A DNA stretch of 34,078 nucleotides, taken from the NCBI GenBank assembly GCA_947502965.1, contig CANNCG010000001.1:1-34078 (forward strand), in the 5' to 3' direction. The stretch is from a bacterium. Its GTDB lineage: Bacteria > Margulisbacteria > Marinamargulisbacteria > SXXA01. Of this stretch, positions 8,954 through 18,790 are shown piece by piece. The first letter of the stretch is position 1. Every line of letters starts with the position of its first letter. Made by a program: the position numbers and the translations under genes. The notes under the pieces were generated by a model. The model saw nothing but the letters and a program-made list of their open reading frames with translations. It did no database searches and was not told where the DNA came from.

Positions 8954-8999
8954 TATAACGCATTGACGCCTAGCCATTTTTTCGGCATCGTTATGCCCT

Positions 9000-9257
9000 A
9001 TGATTACATTTATCAAAGAAACAATTTTATCGGCTATTCCAGATGCAGAGATTCATATTTCAGATCCCCATCAAGATGGCCAGCATTTTCAGGCATTGGT
9101 CATTAGCCCTAGCTTCCAAGGAATGCCACTCGTCAAGCAACACCACATGGTCATGAAGGCCATGCAAGCCGCGATGGAAACCTCTGTTCACGCACTCGCC
9201 CTCAAAACATTTACACCAGAAAAATGGCAACACGCCAAAAAGGACTATCTCCCATGA
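9000..9257 (+). CDS. bolA: BolA family protein
   Basis: About 85 aa, ...DGQHFQALVISPSFQGMPLVKQHHMVMKAM...VHALALKTFTPEKW. Confidence 0.8.
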   Translation: MITFIKETILSAIPDAEIHISDPHQDGQHFQALVISPSFQGMPLVKQHHMVMKAMQAAMETSVHALALKTFTPEKWQHAKKDYLP

Positions 9258-9577
9258 GCACAACTCTCGAAGACTCTCTCGCAAAAATCAAAGAAACAGT
9301 CACAAGCAACAAAGTTGTTCTCTATATGAAAGGAACACCCCATGCCCCTATGTGCGGATTTTCTGCACAAGTCGTCAATATCTTGGACCACCTGGGTGTC
9401 GAATTTTTAGGCCAAAATATTTTAGAAGATGAAGGCATTCGCCAAGCCATCAAAGTATACGCAGATTGGCCAACCTTGCCACAACTTTACATCGACGGTG
9501 AATTGGTAGGGGGGTGTGACATCACCACCGAAATGTTCCAGTCTGGCGAACTACAAACCTTGTTGGGACGCCAATAA
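9254..9577 (+). CDS. grxD: Monothiol glutaredoxin (Grx4 family)
   Basis: [17 protein letters not shown] active site and [22 protein letters not shown] 9254 overlaps the bolA stop (ATGA). Confidence 0.85.
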   Translation: MSTTLEDSLAKIKETVTSNKVVLYMKGTPHAPMCGFSAQVVNILDHLGVEFLGQNILEDEGIRQAIKVYADWPTLPQLYIDGELVGGCDITTEMFQSGELQTLLGRQ

Positions 9578-9581
9578 CGCC

Positions 9582-10106
9582 GTGGGCATTGTTGACCACG
9601 CTGCGCCTCCGCTTGTAGGCATTATTATGGGAAGTCGGTCTGACTTCCCCGTTATGCAAGACGCCTGTGCTATTTTAGCCGAGTTTAACATTCCCTTTGA
9701 AACAGCTGTTGTATCCGCACACCGCACACCAGAACGCATGGTGGCATATGCCAAAACAGCCTATTCCCGTGGCTTACGGGTCATTATTGCCGGTGCTGGC
9801 GGTGCTGCCCATTTACCGGGCATGGTAGCGTCATTAACCGCACTCCCCGTGATCGGCGTTCCTGTCAAAGCCGCACAATCTTTGGACGGCTGGGACTCCA
9901 TACTCTCTATTTTGCAAATGCCTGGTGGTGTCCCAGTCGCCACGGTTGCACTCAATAACGCCAAAAACGCAGGCCTGTTGGCATTGCAAATCTTGGCCAG
10001 TCATACCCCCGAGCTCTATGCCCGTTTAATGGACTTCAAATCCCATATGCGCGAAAAAATAGAAGGGGATGACAGTCCACTCACAGAGATCCCACCATCG
10101 CGATGA
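9582..10106 (+). CDS. purE: 5-(carboxyamino)imidazole ribonucleotide mutase
   Basis: [27 protein letters not shown] and [19 protein letters not shown] 9582 lies just after the grxD stop; the exact start is uncertain. Confidence 0.85.
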   Translation: MGIVDHAAPPLVGIIMGSRSDFPVMQDACAILAEFNIPFETAVVSAHRTPERMVAYAKTAYSRGLRVIIAGAGGAAHLPGMVASLTALPVIGVPVKAAQSLDGWDSILSILQMPGGVPVATVALNNAKNAGLLALQILASHTPELYARLMDFKSHMREKIEGDDSPLTEIPPSR

Positions 10107-11314
10107 AATCGCTCCTTCTCAAATTTCTGCACAAGGTGGGAAAGCCTTCAGAAATTGAGCTTTTTTGGAACAAATTTCGCCAGATTCCCCGTATCCGTTT
10201 CGCACTTATTCGTATCGAATATGATGTATTGGAGGATTCAGTAGAAGAACTGGCCGAAAACATTTCCTATATGATTCATCTCAATATTTACCCCGTTTTA
10301 CTCCTAGATTTGAGCAGTAAGACCGATGATGAGGGACAACACCAACGTATCTCAGATGCACAAGCCAGCAAGCTTTTTCCCGTTTTAGCAGATCGTCTTA
10401 TCTCGGAAATGGCCAAACACAACTGTCCTGCGGAAGTGGTCTCAGAGGCTGCCGATGCGGAATCCAAGCGCCAACACCAATGGGACTTAGATATTGATAA
10501 AATACAAAGCACGTTAAACAAAGACCACACCCCCATTTTGTCCCCTTTTTCAAAACGCAAGAAACGACGGATTTATTTGGATCCCTCCGAACTATGCCGC
10601 CTCTATCTCACACGACTCACCCCCTTTAAATATATTCAGTTGATTGCAGAGGGGGGCATTTTAAACTGTCAGGAACGCATCATTCCTTTTCTCAATCTGT
10701 CACAGCGTAGTGAGTGGAAAGATGTCCATCCTGACATGAAACCGATAGTCAAAGAGGTTCGGCAACTCTTTAACACTGTGCCAGACTGTGCCGCCATTTT
10801 TACCTCGGCAGAACACCTTCTCCAAGAAATCTTTACCATCAAAGGTCGGGGCACCTATATCAAGATGCACCCCATTCTCTCTACCTCAAAAATGCGAGAT
10901 TTGGACATCACACGGCTTCGCGTTCTCTTGGAAGATGCCTTTTCCAAAAACCTTGTGGATGACTTTTTTAGCGAAAAATTTAAAATGATTTTCTATGAAA
11001 AAGATTATGAAGGTGTGGCCATCATTAAAAATCTCAAAGGCATTCCCTACCTCGACAAGCTTGCTGTCTCGCCGATTTCCGAAGGGACTGGTCTTGGGAA
11101 AAGCCTGTGGCTTGCCATGGCAAAGGCCTACCCCAAATTGATTTGGCGGGCCTCTCCCAAAAATCCTCTCAACAGCTTCTATTTACGTGAATGTCAGGGG
11201 TGTATGAAATTCCCAAAATGGCAAGTGTATTGGCGAAACTTAGACGAAGAAGAGATACTCCCCGCAGTGAAGCGGGTCCTAGAGATTCGCAGCACCATGA
11301 TCGAAATACGCTAA
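10103..11314 (+). CDS. N-acetylglutamate synthase-like protein (kinase-like N-domain plus C-terminal NAT/GNAT domain)
   Basis: The C-terminal [11 protein letters not shown]...[21 protein letters not shown] resembles the NAT domain of vertebrate-type NAGS/K. The N-terminus ([13 protein letters not shown]...[14 protein letters not shown]) resembles the NAGS start. The ATG overlaps the purE stop. Confidence 0.5.
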   Translation: MKSLLLKFLHKVGKPSEIELFWNKFRQIPRIRFALIRIEYDVLEDSVEELAENISYMIHLNIYPVLLLDLSSKTDDEGQHQRISDAQASKLFPVLADRLISEMAKHNCPAEVVSEAADAESKRQHQWDLDIDKIQSTLNKDHTPILSPFSKRKKRRIYLDPSELCRLYLTRLTPFKYIQLIAEGGILNCQERIIPFLNLSQRSEWKDVHPDMKPIVKEVRQLFNTVPDCAAIFTSAEHLLQEIFTIKGRGTYIKMHPILSTSKMRDLDITRLRVLLEDAFSKNLVDDFFSEKFKMIFYEKDYEGVAIIKNLKGIPYLDKLAVSPISEGTGLGKSLWLAMAKAYPKLIWRASPKNPLNSFYLRECQGCMKFPKWQVYWRNLDEEEILPAVKRVLEIRSTMIEIR

Positions 11315-11379
11315 AACATACAGCAGGGGCACCCCTCGAAAGCGGAACCGAAAGGGCTAGCGCCCCCAAGCCCACCGAG

Positions 11380-12564
11380 TTAGGCTCTCACCCGAATCGT
11401 GGTGGTCACAACAATGGCCAAGAGGGTAAGCACCATAGACAAAACGCCCAACCACCCAAAATGAAGTAAGGCCCCGGTTTCCGTTGTTTGGAGTATATAG
11501 CCCGAAATCAATGCCGCCACACCCGCAGAGAGTTGCTGCACACAACTGTTAAAGGCCATAAAGCTGCCACGCTGTGAAGCAGGTACACATGAAGTCAAAA
11601 GGGCCACAACGGGCACAAAACGCCCCGAAACCAACATCATAAACAGAGAAGAAATCACAAAAACCATCCAGATAGAAGCAGAGACTATATGGGTGACCAT
11701 AAAAATAGGTACAAGGGATAGCAAGGCCACGATCACAAATACTTTTCGTTTTCCATAACGATCCGACCATATCCCTATTTGGCGAGAGGCAAAAAAGGTC
11801 AAAACACCACCTACCAAATAGATATACCCTAACCATGCTTCAGGAAATTTCAAATTACCCACAAAGAAAGGTGTCAAAAAAGGAATCACACTAAAGGCCG
11901 ATATTGTAATAATCCCAGAAAAAAACAAAGCCACCACCTGTTGGCTATCCGCAACCGTACGCGCAATGAGCCCGGTTGGTGATATTGGGACATAGGCTTC
12001 CAAATGCCCCACCATCTTTGGAAGACGAAAAAGCATGGCCAAGACCGGCAAACTGAGCAATACAATAAACATAAAGGGCGCACGCCAGGAATAGAGATGC
12101 GCCAACTGCAACCCAATGGGAATTCCAATAACCGATGCAATCGAAAAAGAAGCCATCACCGCACCCATGGCACGTCCCCGTTGCGACTCGGGAAAAACAT
12201 CCCCTATGACTGAAAAAATAACAGCGGTCAACAATCCCCCAAAAGCCCCGCTAAAAACACGTGCCGCCAACAGCATGCCATAGTTCGGCGCTATCGCACA
12301 CAAAATGGTCCCCAAAATAAAGCCCATGTATAAAAAAACGAGCCCCTTTTTACGGTCAAATCGGTCCAAGAAAAAAGCACCAAAAAAACCAAAAATTCCG
12401 GCACTAAAGGTGTACCCAGACACCAAAATGCCAAAAGCTTCGTTCGTAAGCGACAAATCCCGTATTAACTGAGTTCCCAAAGGCATCAAGACCACAAAAT
12501 CCAACACATGGGTGACCTGTAAAGCCGCCAGCAAAAGAACCAAGAAACGATAATGATTCTTCAT
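11380..12564 (-). CDS. MFS transporter
   Basis: About 12 hydrophobic segments and the loop motif LDRFDRKKGL between TM2 and TM3. Confidence 0.8.
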   Translation of the reverse strand: MKNHYRFLVLLLAALQVTHVLDFVVLMPLGTQLIRDLSLTNEAFGILVSGYTFSAGIFGFFGAFFLDRFDRKKGLVFLYMGFILGTILCAIAPNYGMLLAARVFSGAFGGLLTAVIFSVIGDVFPESQRGRAMGAVMASFSIASVIGIPIGLQLAHLYSWRAPFMFIVLLSLPVLAMLFRLPKMVGHLEAYVPISPTGLIARTVADSQQVVALFFSGIITISAFSVIPFLTPFFVGNLKFPEAWLGYIYLVGGVLTFFASRQIGIWSDRYGKRKVFVIVALLSLVPIFMVTHIVSASIWMVFVISSLFMMLVSGRFVPVVALLTSCVPASQRGSFMAFNSCVQQLSAGVAALISGYILQTTETGALLHFGWLGVLSMVLTLLAIVVTTTIRVRA

Positions 12565-12570
12565 CGTGTC

Positions 12571-13410
12571 TTAGGGAAAAACGATAGCGCCAACAGGCCC
12601 ATCCGGCAAAAAGAAATCTGGGTATTCGGAAAAGGTCAAACGCACGGTCTCTTCGTCCTCATCTGCCAAAGAAAAAAGCTTAAACAACGTCACCCCCACC
12701 GCATCTAAAATAAAAGGCTGGTTATAACAATTAAACGTAACACCCCCAGCCGCAACACCTCGGTAGTAGAGCTGTTCCAACACAAATGTCTCCAAAGACA
12801 TACAAGACGCTTCATCTGTTTTGACAATGTCACGCAAACGCAAAATAGTGCCCGCGGGAACACCCACCACCAGATTGTCTAAAAATTGCTTTTTCTCTGG
12901 AAAATCTTGGCGTATATCCAAACGAACACTCACGATATGGCGAGAAAAATAAGCAACATTCCCTTTGATTGTATAACGATACGCAGCCCCATCCTGAACA
13001 TTCTGGGTATTGACGTTGGCTTCCTTTACAAACAAAGAAAACCATTTTTCAACGCGGTTTCGAATGGCGTGATTAACCTGACTTTGGGATAAAACCAACC
13101 CGTAATACGTCACTTGAGGTATCTCCGCCTGAAGGGTCACCTCATGTCCATGAAAACCAGGAGCCTCAAATTTCATTTCTTCAGACACGACCACAAATCC
13201 AGAAGGCTCAAGCTTCTGCAATTCAGAAGACGTTAGCGATGACGCTCTAAACCGAAACCAAAGGGACTCAATAATCTTGCCATCCGTTGACCATACTTCG
13301 TATACAAGCTTCATGAGTACTAAAATTAAGAGGACTATAAGAAAACGTTGCCAATTACTTTTCTTTTTTTTTCGGGGTCTGAATTTTCGATTTGAAATTT
13401 TGTTAAACAT
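12571..13410 (-). CDS. Hypothetical membrane-anchored protein
   Basis: Basic N-terminus (RKFRPRKKKKSNWQR) followed by one TM helix, then an ectodomain without a recognisable motif. Located 6 nt upstream of the MFS gene. Confidence 0.5.
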   Translation of the reverse strand: MFNKISNRKFRPRKKKKSNWQRFLIVLLILVLMKLVYEVWSTDGKIIESLWFRFRASSLTSSELQKLEPSGFVVVSEEMKFEAPGFHGHEVTLQAEIPQVTYYGLVLSQSQVNHAIRNRVEKWFSLFVKEANVNTQNVQDGAAYRYTIKGNVAYFSRHIVSVRLDIRQDFPEKKQFLDNLVVGVPAGTILRLRDIVKTDEASCMSLETFVLEQLYYRGVAAGGVTFNCYNQPFILDAVGVTLFKLFSLADEDEETVRLTFSEYPDFFLPDGPVGAIVFP

Positions 13411-13738
13411 AGTCAGGGCATCCTATCAGAGCCCGTCATGTGCATCAATCATCAGAAAATATCAAAAAACAACAAAAATGTCGCACCACTACTACATACC
13501 TCTACCTAAAAAAACAACAAAATAACATTTTTGAATTATTTCCGCAGCACCAAGTCCTATGCGTTGCGCCTATTTTCAAGCAAGCCACACGGCTATAAGT
13601 CACTAATATTTTCAGGTTTAATATCGCTTTATTTTGGGAACCCCCTACTCAAAAGAGAAATAAAACAGGACAAAAGCATCTAAATTCAGAGATAAAAAAC
13701 AGCCCTTTTTCAGAAAAAAAGAAAGGTTGGTATGGTTT

Positions 13739-14224
13739 ATGCTAAAAACCCTCTTTACAATGAACAACATTATTACGCGTACCACATTTGGAATTCTTCT
13801 TTTTATCCTTTTAGGAACAATCCAAGTTTCTGCAATAGACGCAATCAAAGGGGTACAGCCACAAAAGCTTGCCAGAACCCTTTACAGCAGAGATATGGGT
13901 GCCGGCTATCAAGGAACCTTTTTTATTAAGAGCCCCGAATTAATTGAAATTGGAAACGTTATGCTCAAAAAGTCTGGAGTTCAGTACACCCTCACAAACG
14001 AGAATACCCGTGGCCGACTACCACATTATATAACAACTGAAGCAGCGGTCGCCGTTATCGATACAGAGGCACAATCAGAGGCCCTCAGATCCGTACATGC
14101 CCGTACAACCTCATTCTCTGAAGTAAATCAGCAAGTGCAGGCACAGCCAGAGAATGCCACAGCCGCCGCTATTCAGAGAAACGGGGCACTTTTCTCTGAT
14201 GTTTCAGATTTATTGCAACAATAA
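13739..14224 (+). CDS. Hypothetical small exported protein (paralogue 1)
   Basis: Signal-like N-terminus ...TTFGILLFILLGTIQVSA|IDAIKG. Start uncertain (TTG 13727, ATG 13739 or ATG 13760). Preceded by an AT-rich 0.3-kb intergenic region. Confidence 0.5.
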   Translation: MLKTLFTMNNIITRTTFGILLFILLGTIQVSAIDAIKGVQPQKLARTLYSRDMGAGYQGTFFIKSPELIEIGNVMLKKSGVQYTLTNENTRGRLPHYITTEAAVAVIDTEAQSEALRSVHARTTSFSEVNQQVQAQPENATAAAIQRNGALFSDVSDLLQQ

Positions 14225-14651
14225 ACCTCCTTTGGGTCGCTATATCTTTTGGATCCTGTTGCTTTTTGGGGGACCACTACTGTCTTCTTCCTGTATCTGG
14301 GGAATTGATGACATCAAGAAGATAAACAGTATGGATGTGGACAAAGTCAGGGAGGACCGTAGCAAGCTTATCATGATGGAGGGACATGGTGCGGTTATTC
14401 AGCATCTTCCCGCCATTGAAAGCCCCTTTTCTAGTCCACGACATCTCCTCAAAATTGCTGAAAAAGAGTACCCCGATCCTTGGCGAAACCCACGTCCACA
14501 AAAACGTATAGTCCCCATCCCAAGTGGTGCCATAGCCGTTGCCACAGAGACTGAAAACTTAGAAATCCGCCTACTCACCAAGCAACAAAGTGGCATGTTG
14601 TTGTTTACAAATATTGCCAACAAGGTGACTAACGAAGATACCCTGGAATAA
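14199..14651 (+). CDS. Hypothetical small lipoprotein (paralogue 2)
   Basis: Lipobox-like ...WILLLFGGPLLSSS|C. Start uncertain (ATG 14199 or TTG 14232). Shares the IDxIK and AxAVxxTExxxExxR blocks with the upstream ORF. Confidence 0.45.
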   Translation: MFQIYCNNKPPLGRYIFWILLLFGGPLLSSSCIWGIDDIKKINSMDVDKVREDRSKLIMMEGHGAVIQHLPAIESPFSSPRHLLKIAEKEYPDPWRNPRPQKRIVPIPSGAIAVATETENLEIRLLTKQQSGMLLFTNIANKVTNEDTLE

Positions 14652-14664
14652 GAGTAGCAATCCC

Positions 14665-15546
14665 CTAATAGCAGCGCTGATAAACCCTCAATTTAGCCGC
14701 TTTTGCACGGGAATTTTCCCGCAATTCTGATTGATCCGCAAGTACCACATGTTTGGTCATCATACGCCAGTGAGGGTAGGCGCGCATGCCATGTTTGACC
14801 AACCGGTCTTCCTGAGAATGAAACGTCAAAAAGGCAACACGGCCCTCTGCAGACATAACCTGATCCACACACTGAATCAGACGTTCTAATTCTTCAAATT
14901 CACGGTTAATCACAATACGCAACGCCTGAAAAACCTGAGCAAAGTGTCGCATCATAATCGGACGTTTCCCAAAATGGTAACTGGTTTTGATTAAGTCCCT
15001 GAGCTGGGCTGTTTCCACAATGGGGGTATGCCTTCTAACAGACAGAATATTTTGTACCAAAATCTTATTCTGGTGCAATTCTCCATAACGAAAAAAGATA
15101 TCTGAGAGATCTTGTGCTGAATAACGATTCAGAATATCCGCCGCTGAGATAGGATCCTCAGGATTCATGCGCATATCCAAGGGCCCATCGTGCAAATATC
15201 CAAAGCCCCGGCTAACATCGTCTAGCTGCATAGACGACATGCCCAAATCCACCAAAAGACGGTCTATCTTACGGGGATAGGCAGGTTCAGTGGCTACCGC
15301 CACGGTGGTCACAAAATCCGCATAGGTCATGGGATAGATAGACACCCGCGCATCCCCATTAAATCGGTCTTGCAAATGCGCTACCGCCACAGGGTCTCGA
15401 TCTGCGATATGCAGCTTCCCTGTCTCCAAACCAGCCAACATAGCCGCACTATGTCCCCCATACCCACCCGTTCCATCAAACAGGATATGATGGGATTCAA
15501 TCGCCAGTTGCGCCAAGATCTCATTCACTAAAATAGGGATATGCAT
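14665..15546 (-). CDS. rsmH: 16S rRNA (cytosine1402-N4)-methyltransferase
   Basis: HIPILVNEIL...FDGTGGYGGHSAAML, DRDP, DLGMSSMQLD and SQEDRLVK. Confidence 0.9.
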   Translation of the reverse strand: MHIPILVNEILAQLAIESHHILFDGTGGYGGHSAAMLAGLETGKLHIADRDPVAVAHLQDRFNGDARVSIYPMTYADFVTTVAVATEPAYPRKIDRLLVDLGMSSMQLDDVSRGFGYLHDGPLDMRMNPEDPISAADILNRYSAQDLSDIFFRYGELHQNKILVQNILSVRRHTPIVETAQLRDLIKTSYHFGKRPIMMRHFAQVFQALRIVINREFEELERLIQCVDQVMSAEGRVAFLTFHSQEDRLVKHGMRAYPHWRMMTKHVVLADQSELRENSRAKAAKLRVYQRCY

Positions 15547-16565
15547 GATAATTTCTCCTTTAACGCAAGGGTCACCCCGTTTTCTTTGCCCTCATTGGAT
15601 GTGACCAAAATATGACCAATACGCCCTTCCTGAGAAAGCGCCTTCCACAAACGGACGTACGCCTGCGGCGAAAACGGATCTACCCACACAGTACCCTCCG
15701 TGGCTGGAACGGATATTCCAAGCTGCATCTGAATGTCCAGATTTCGCAAACGAAACAACGCCAAGGGCGGATAAATGTCCCATATTTTAATACGGGGTTT
15801 ATAGAAAACGAAGTGATCTTGCCCGCTCAGGCAATAGAGCGTTACCCCTATGGATTTCAAGCGATAGGCCTGTCCACCAAAAAGATGACAAATATCTAGA
15901 AACATCAAGGCTTCCTGATTGCGATCCTCCCGGTATTCTGTCGCAATTCGGAATTCAGGCGGAATAGCAGGCTGCCAATCCCGCGATATTTCCCAAGTGG
16001 GACCTCCCACAGACGCCGTTTCCAAGCACGCATAAAAAGGGAACCCCATCACAGCAACATCTGGAATTCCGGCCTTGAGACGACAGAGTTGAATCACCAC
16101 ATCTGCAGAACCAGCGGCATAGTTACTCGTACCGTCTATGGGATCAATAATCCAGACAGAAGGGGCCGAAATCCCATCAGAAACAGCCGTTTGCGTATAG
16201 CCCCCTTCTTCTCCAATAATCTGATCTTCGGGAAAATGACGTGAAATCCACATCCGAAACAAGCCCTCTAAACCAAGATCCACCTCTGTGACAATATCCG
16301 CTGGGGACAACTTTGTTTGGAAGGTTGCGAGACTTTGACCTACGACCGCAAGCCGCATCAAAAAAGGCATCATGACCCGTAGTGCATGTTCAATCTGCGG
16401 CGCAGTATGTCCAGGCTCCGCATGCCATGCATGCCAAAAATCAGGCGTGACAGGGACATGTATGGTGGGGTGCGCCATAGGACGAACCTGATATCTGGAT
16501 TCATCCCAAACAGGCAAGCTCAAAACCAAGCCTGACTCTAAAAAAGGGTGTCTATTGAAATTCAT
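15528..16565 (-). CDS. Inositol monophosphatase family protein (extended N- and C-termini)
   Basis: IGEEGG, WIIDPIDGTSNY and WDIYPP motifs. The ATG overlaps the uvrB stop (ATGA) and the 3' end overlaps rsmH by 19 nt. Confidence 0.75.
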   Translation of the reverse strand: MNFNRHPFLESGLVLSLPVWDESRYQVRPMAHPTIHVPVTPDFWHAWHAEPGHTAPQIEHALRVMMPFLMRLAVVGQSLATFQTKLSPADIVTEVDLGLEGLFRMWISRHFPEDQIIGEEGGYTQTAVSDGISAPSVWIIDPIDGTSNYAAGSADVVIQLCRLKAGIPDVAVMGFPFYACLETASVGGPTWEISRDWQPAIPPEFRIATEYREDRNQEALMFLDICHLFGGQAYRLKSIGVTLYCLSGQDHFVFYKPRIKIWDIYPPLALFRLRNLDIQMQLGISVPATEGTVWVDPFSPQAYVRLWKALSQEGRIGHILVTSNEGKENGVTLALKEKLSCISLF

Positions 16566-18577
16566 CAGGCCCTCTCTTCTGACAAGCGTTGAAGCTGATC
16601 ACGCAACACAGCTGCACGCTCAAAATCCAAGGCGGCGGCGGCAGCATGCATGTCTTTTTCTAAGACACGCATCAAATCCGGCAAGGACGCCGGTGAGGCT
16701 TCTGAAATACGTTTTTCAATATCTAGGGTATCCGTTTTTTCTGCTCGCAATTCAACCCCTTTGCGTAAGGTGCTTTTAGGCACAATCCCGTGGGTCTGAT
16801 TATGCGCAAGTTGTTTGATACGACGACGGTTTGTCTCTGAAATAGCCGCCACCATCGAAGGCGTCATCTTATCTGCATACAAAATAACTTTTCCATTCAC
16901 ATTCCGTGCTGCACGGCCTATGGTTTGAATGAGAGAGCGTTCATTACGCAGAAAGCCTTCTTTGTCCGCATCTAAAATAATGACCAATGAGACTTCTGGC
17001 AAATCCAATCCTTCACGCAGCAAATTAACGCCCACCAGCACATCGATTTTACCGGAACGCAGCTGTTTCAAGATATCCAAACGATCCAAGGTATGAATTT
17101 CAGAGTGTAAGTATGTCACTTTCACCCCTTTTCCATCCAGAAACTGGGACAACTCTTCAGACATTTGTTTGGTTAAAGTGGTAACCAAGGTTCGCTCATT
17201 TTTGGCACGAACTCGGTGAATTTCATTTAAGACATCGTCAATTTGACCCAATGTTTCTCTCACCTCTATTTCAGGATCTACCAAGCCTGTAGGTCGGATA
17301 ATTTGCTCAATGACACCCGTCCCCTCCCATCTAGATTCAGAAGGTTTGGTCATATCCACCCCACACACGGTCATTTCGTAGGGACCCGGCGTTGCAGAGA
17401 CATAAATTCTAGCACCCAACCGTTCCTCAAACTCTTCAAAACGCAAAGGTCTGTTATCCACCGCCGATGGCAGTCGAAAGCCATGGTCTACCAATACCGT
17501 TTTGCGGGATAAATCGCCAGCAAACATCCCGCGAACTTGCGGCAGGGACGCGTGAGACTCATCAATAAAGGTGATGGCGTCTTTCGGAAAAAAGTCCAAC
17601 AACACCCCTGATGGTTCACCAGGATCCCGATTGGACAAATGGCGTGAATAGTTCTCGATGCCTTTGCAATACCCCATCTCAGCAATCATTTCCAGATCAT
17701 AGCGGGTACGTTGCTCCAAACGTTGGGACTCCAAAACCTTGTCTTTGGCAAGAAAATCAGCCACGCTGGCGTCCATTTCTTGTTTGATCGCCTGCATGGC
17801 CCTGTCCATGTTGTCATGCAGCACATAGTGCGTCGCAGGAAAAATATCTATGGCCGGAAATGTATTTAAAATAGTACCAGAGACCGGATGAAATTCTAGA
17901 ATACGCTCCAATTCATCTCCAAAAAACTCCATGCGAAGCGCCATTTCACTCCACGATGGAAAAAGATCGATAACGTCCCCTTTGACGCGGTATCGTCCAG
18001 GCGAGAATTCAACATCGTTACGCTGATACTGCACCTTGTCCAAATTCAGTAAAAAGTCACGCCGTGATATCACCTCCCCCACTTTGAGGGAAATAATCGC
18101 CCGCGCATAGTCTTCGGGAATCCCCAGGCCATAAATACAGGAAACAGAGGCCACAATGATCACATCACGTCGCGTCAAAAGAGACCGCGTAGCGGCATGG
18201 CGTAGTCGCTCTATTTCAACATTGATTTGGGCTTCTTTTTCAATATATACATCGCGCCCAGGAATATAGGCCTCTGGCTGATAAAAATCGTAATAAGAAA
18301 TGAAATACTCTACTGCATTGTTTGGAAAAAAAGCCCGAAATTCGCCACAAAGTTGCGCAGCCAACGTCTTATTGTGGGCCAAAACCAGCGCAGGTCTATT
18401 GAGGTTTGCGATCACGTTCGCCATCGTAAAGGTCTTTCCAGACCCTGTAACTCCCAGAAGAATTTGGTCTTTTTGGCCGGCCAAGACACCCGCGGTTAAT
18501 GCCGAAATCGCAGCGGGCTGATCCCCAGAAGGTGTATAATCACTCACCAGCTCAAATTTAGTATCAAAAAACTGCAT
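16565..18577 (-). CDS. uvrB: Excinuclease ABC subunit B
   Basis: FELVSDYTPSGDQPAAI, GVTGSGKTF, YFISYYDFYQPEAY, DESH and the C-terminal UVR domain (LDFERAAVLRDQL). ATG 18577 is preferred over GTG 18595. Confidence 0.95.
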   Translation of the reverse strand: MQFFDTKFELVSDYTPSGDQPAAISALTAGVLAGQKDQILLGVTGSGKTFTMANVIANLNRPALVLAHNKTLAAQLCGEFRAFFPNNAVEYFISYYDFYQPEAYIPGRDVYIEKEAQINVEIERLRHAATRSLLTRRDVIIVASVSCIYGLGIPEDYARAIISLKVGEVISRRDFLLNLDKVQYQRNDVEFSPGRYRVKGDVIDLFPSWSEMALRMEFFGDELERILEFHPVSGTILNTFPAIDIFPATHYVLHDNMDRAMQAIKQEMDASVADFLAKDKVLESQRLEQRTRYDLEMIAEMGYCKGIENYSRHLSNRDPGEPSGVLLDFFPKDAITFIDESHASLPQVRGMFAGDLSRKTVLVDHGFRLPSAVDNRPLRFEEFEERLGARIYVSATPGPYEMTVCGVDMTKPSESRWEGTGVIEQIIRPTGLVDPEIEVRETLGQIDDVLNEIHRVRAKNERTLVTTLTKQMSEELSQFLDGKGVKVTYLHSEIHTLDRLDILKQLRSGKIDVLVGVNLLREGLDLPEVSLVIILDADKEGFLRNERSLIQTIGRAARNVNGKVILYADKMTPSMVAAISETNRRRIKQLAHNQTHGIVPKSTLRKGVELRAEKTDTLDIEKRISEASPASLPDLMRVLEKDMHAAAAALDFERAAVLRDQLQRLSEERA

Positions 18578-18616
18578 AGATCCCCACTCTATCACTGGCG
18601 CGGGTTTCCGTCATGA

Positions 18617-18740
18617 ATCCTATACCCGTTCCAAAATGAAACCCGGATTTCGAATCGTGGCGGGAGCCTATTCTTATAGGTGACCAGAGCGATTTGGAAA
18701 GGCCTCCGCTCCCGGTTTCATTTTGGGATGGGTATACGCT
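18617..18740. mobile_element. MITE-like element: inverted pair of a ~27-30 nt repeat flanking ~60 nt
   Basis: Left arm TATACCCGTTCCAAAATGAAACCCGG (18621-18646). Right arm 18711-18740 is the reverse complement of AGCGTATACCCATCCCAAAATGAAACCGGG. Inner GCGGGAGCC/GGCCTCCGC also pair. The same sequence recurs at 33901-33930. Confidence 0.6.
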
Positions 18741-18790
18741 TTTTCCAGGGTCTACGCCACCAGACTCCACCGTATAAAGATACGCCTCAT

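Noticed and set aside
11315-11379. Possible terminator between the convergent NAGS-like and MFS genes
   Set aside because: Only weak GGGGC...GCCCC pairing with a long loop and no T-run, which is not convincing enough to annotate.
18646-18657. GATTTCGAATCG resembling a tRNA T-loop
   Set aside because: The flanking bases do not form a T-stem, and no acceptor or anticodon arms can be drawn. It is the interior of the MITE-like element.
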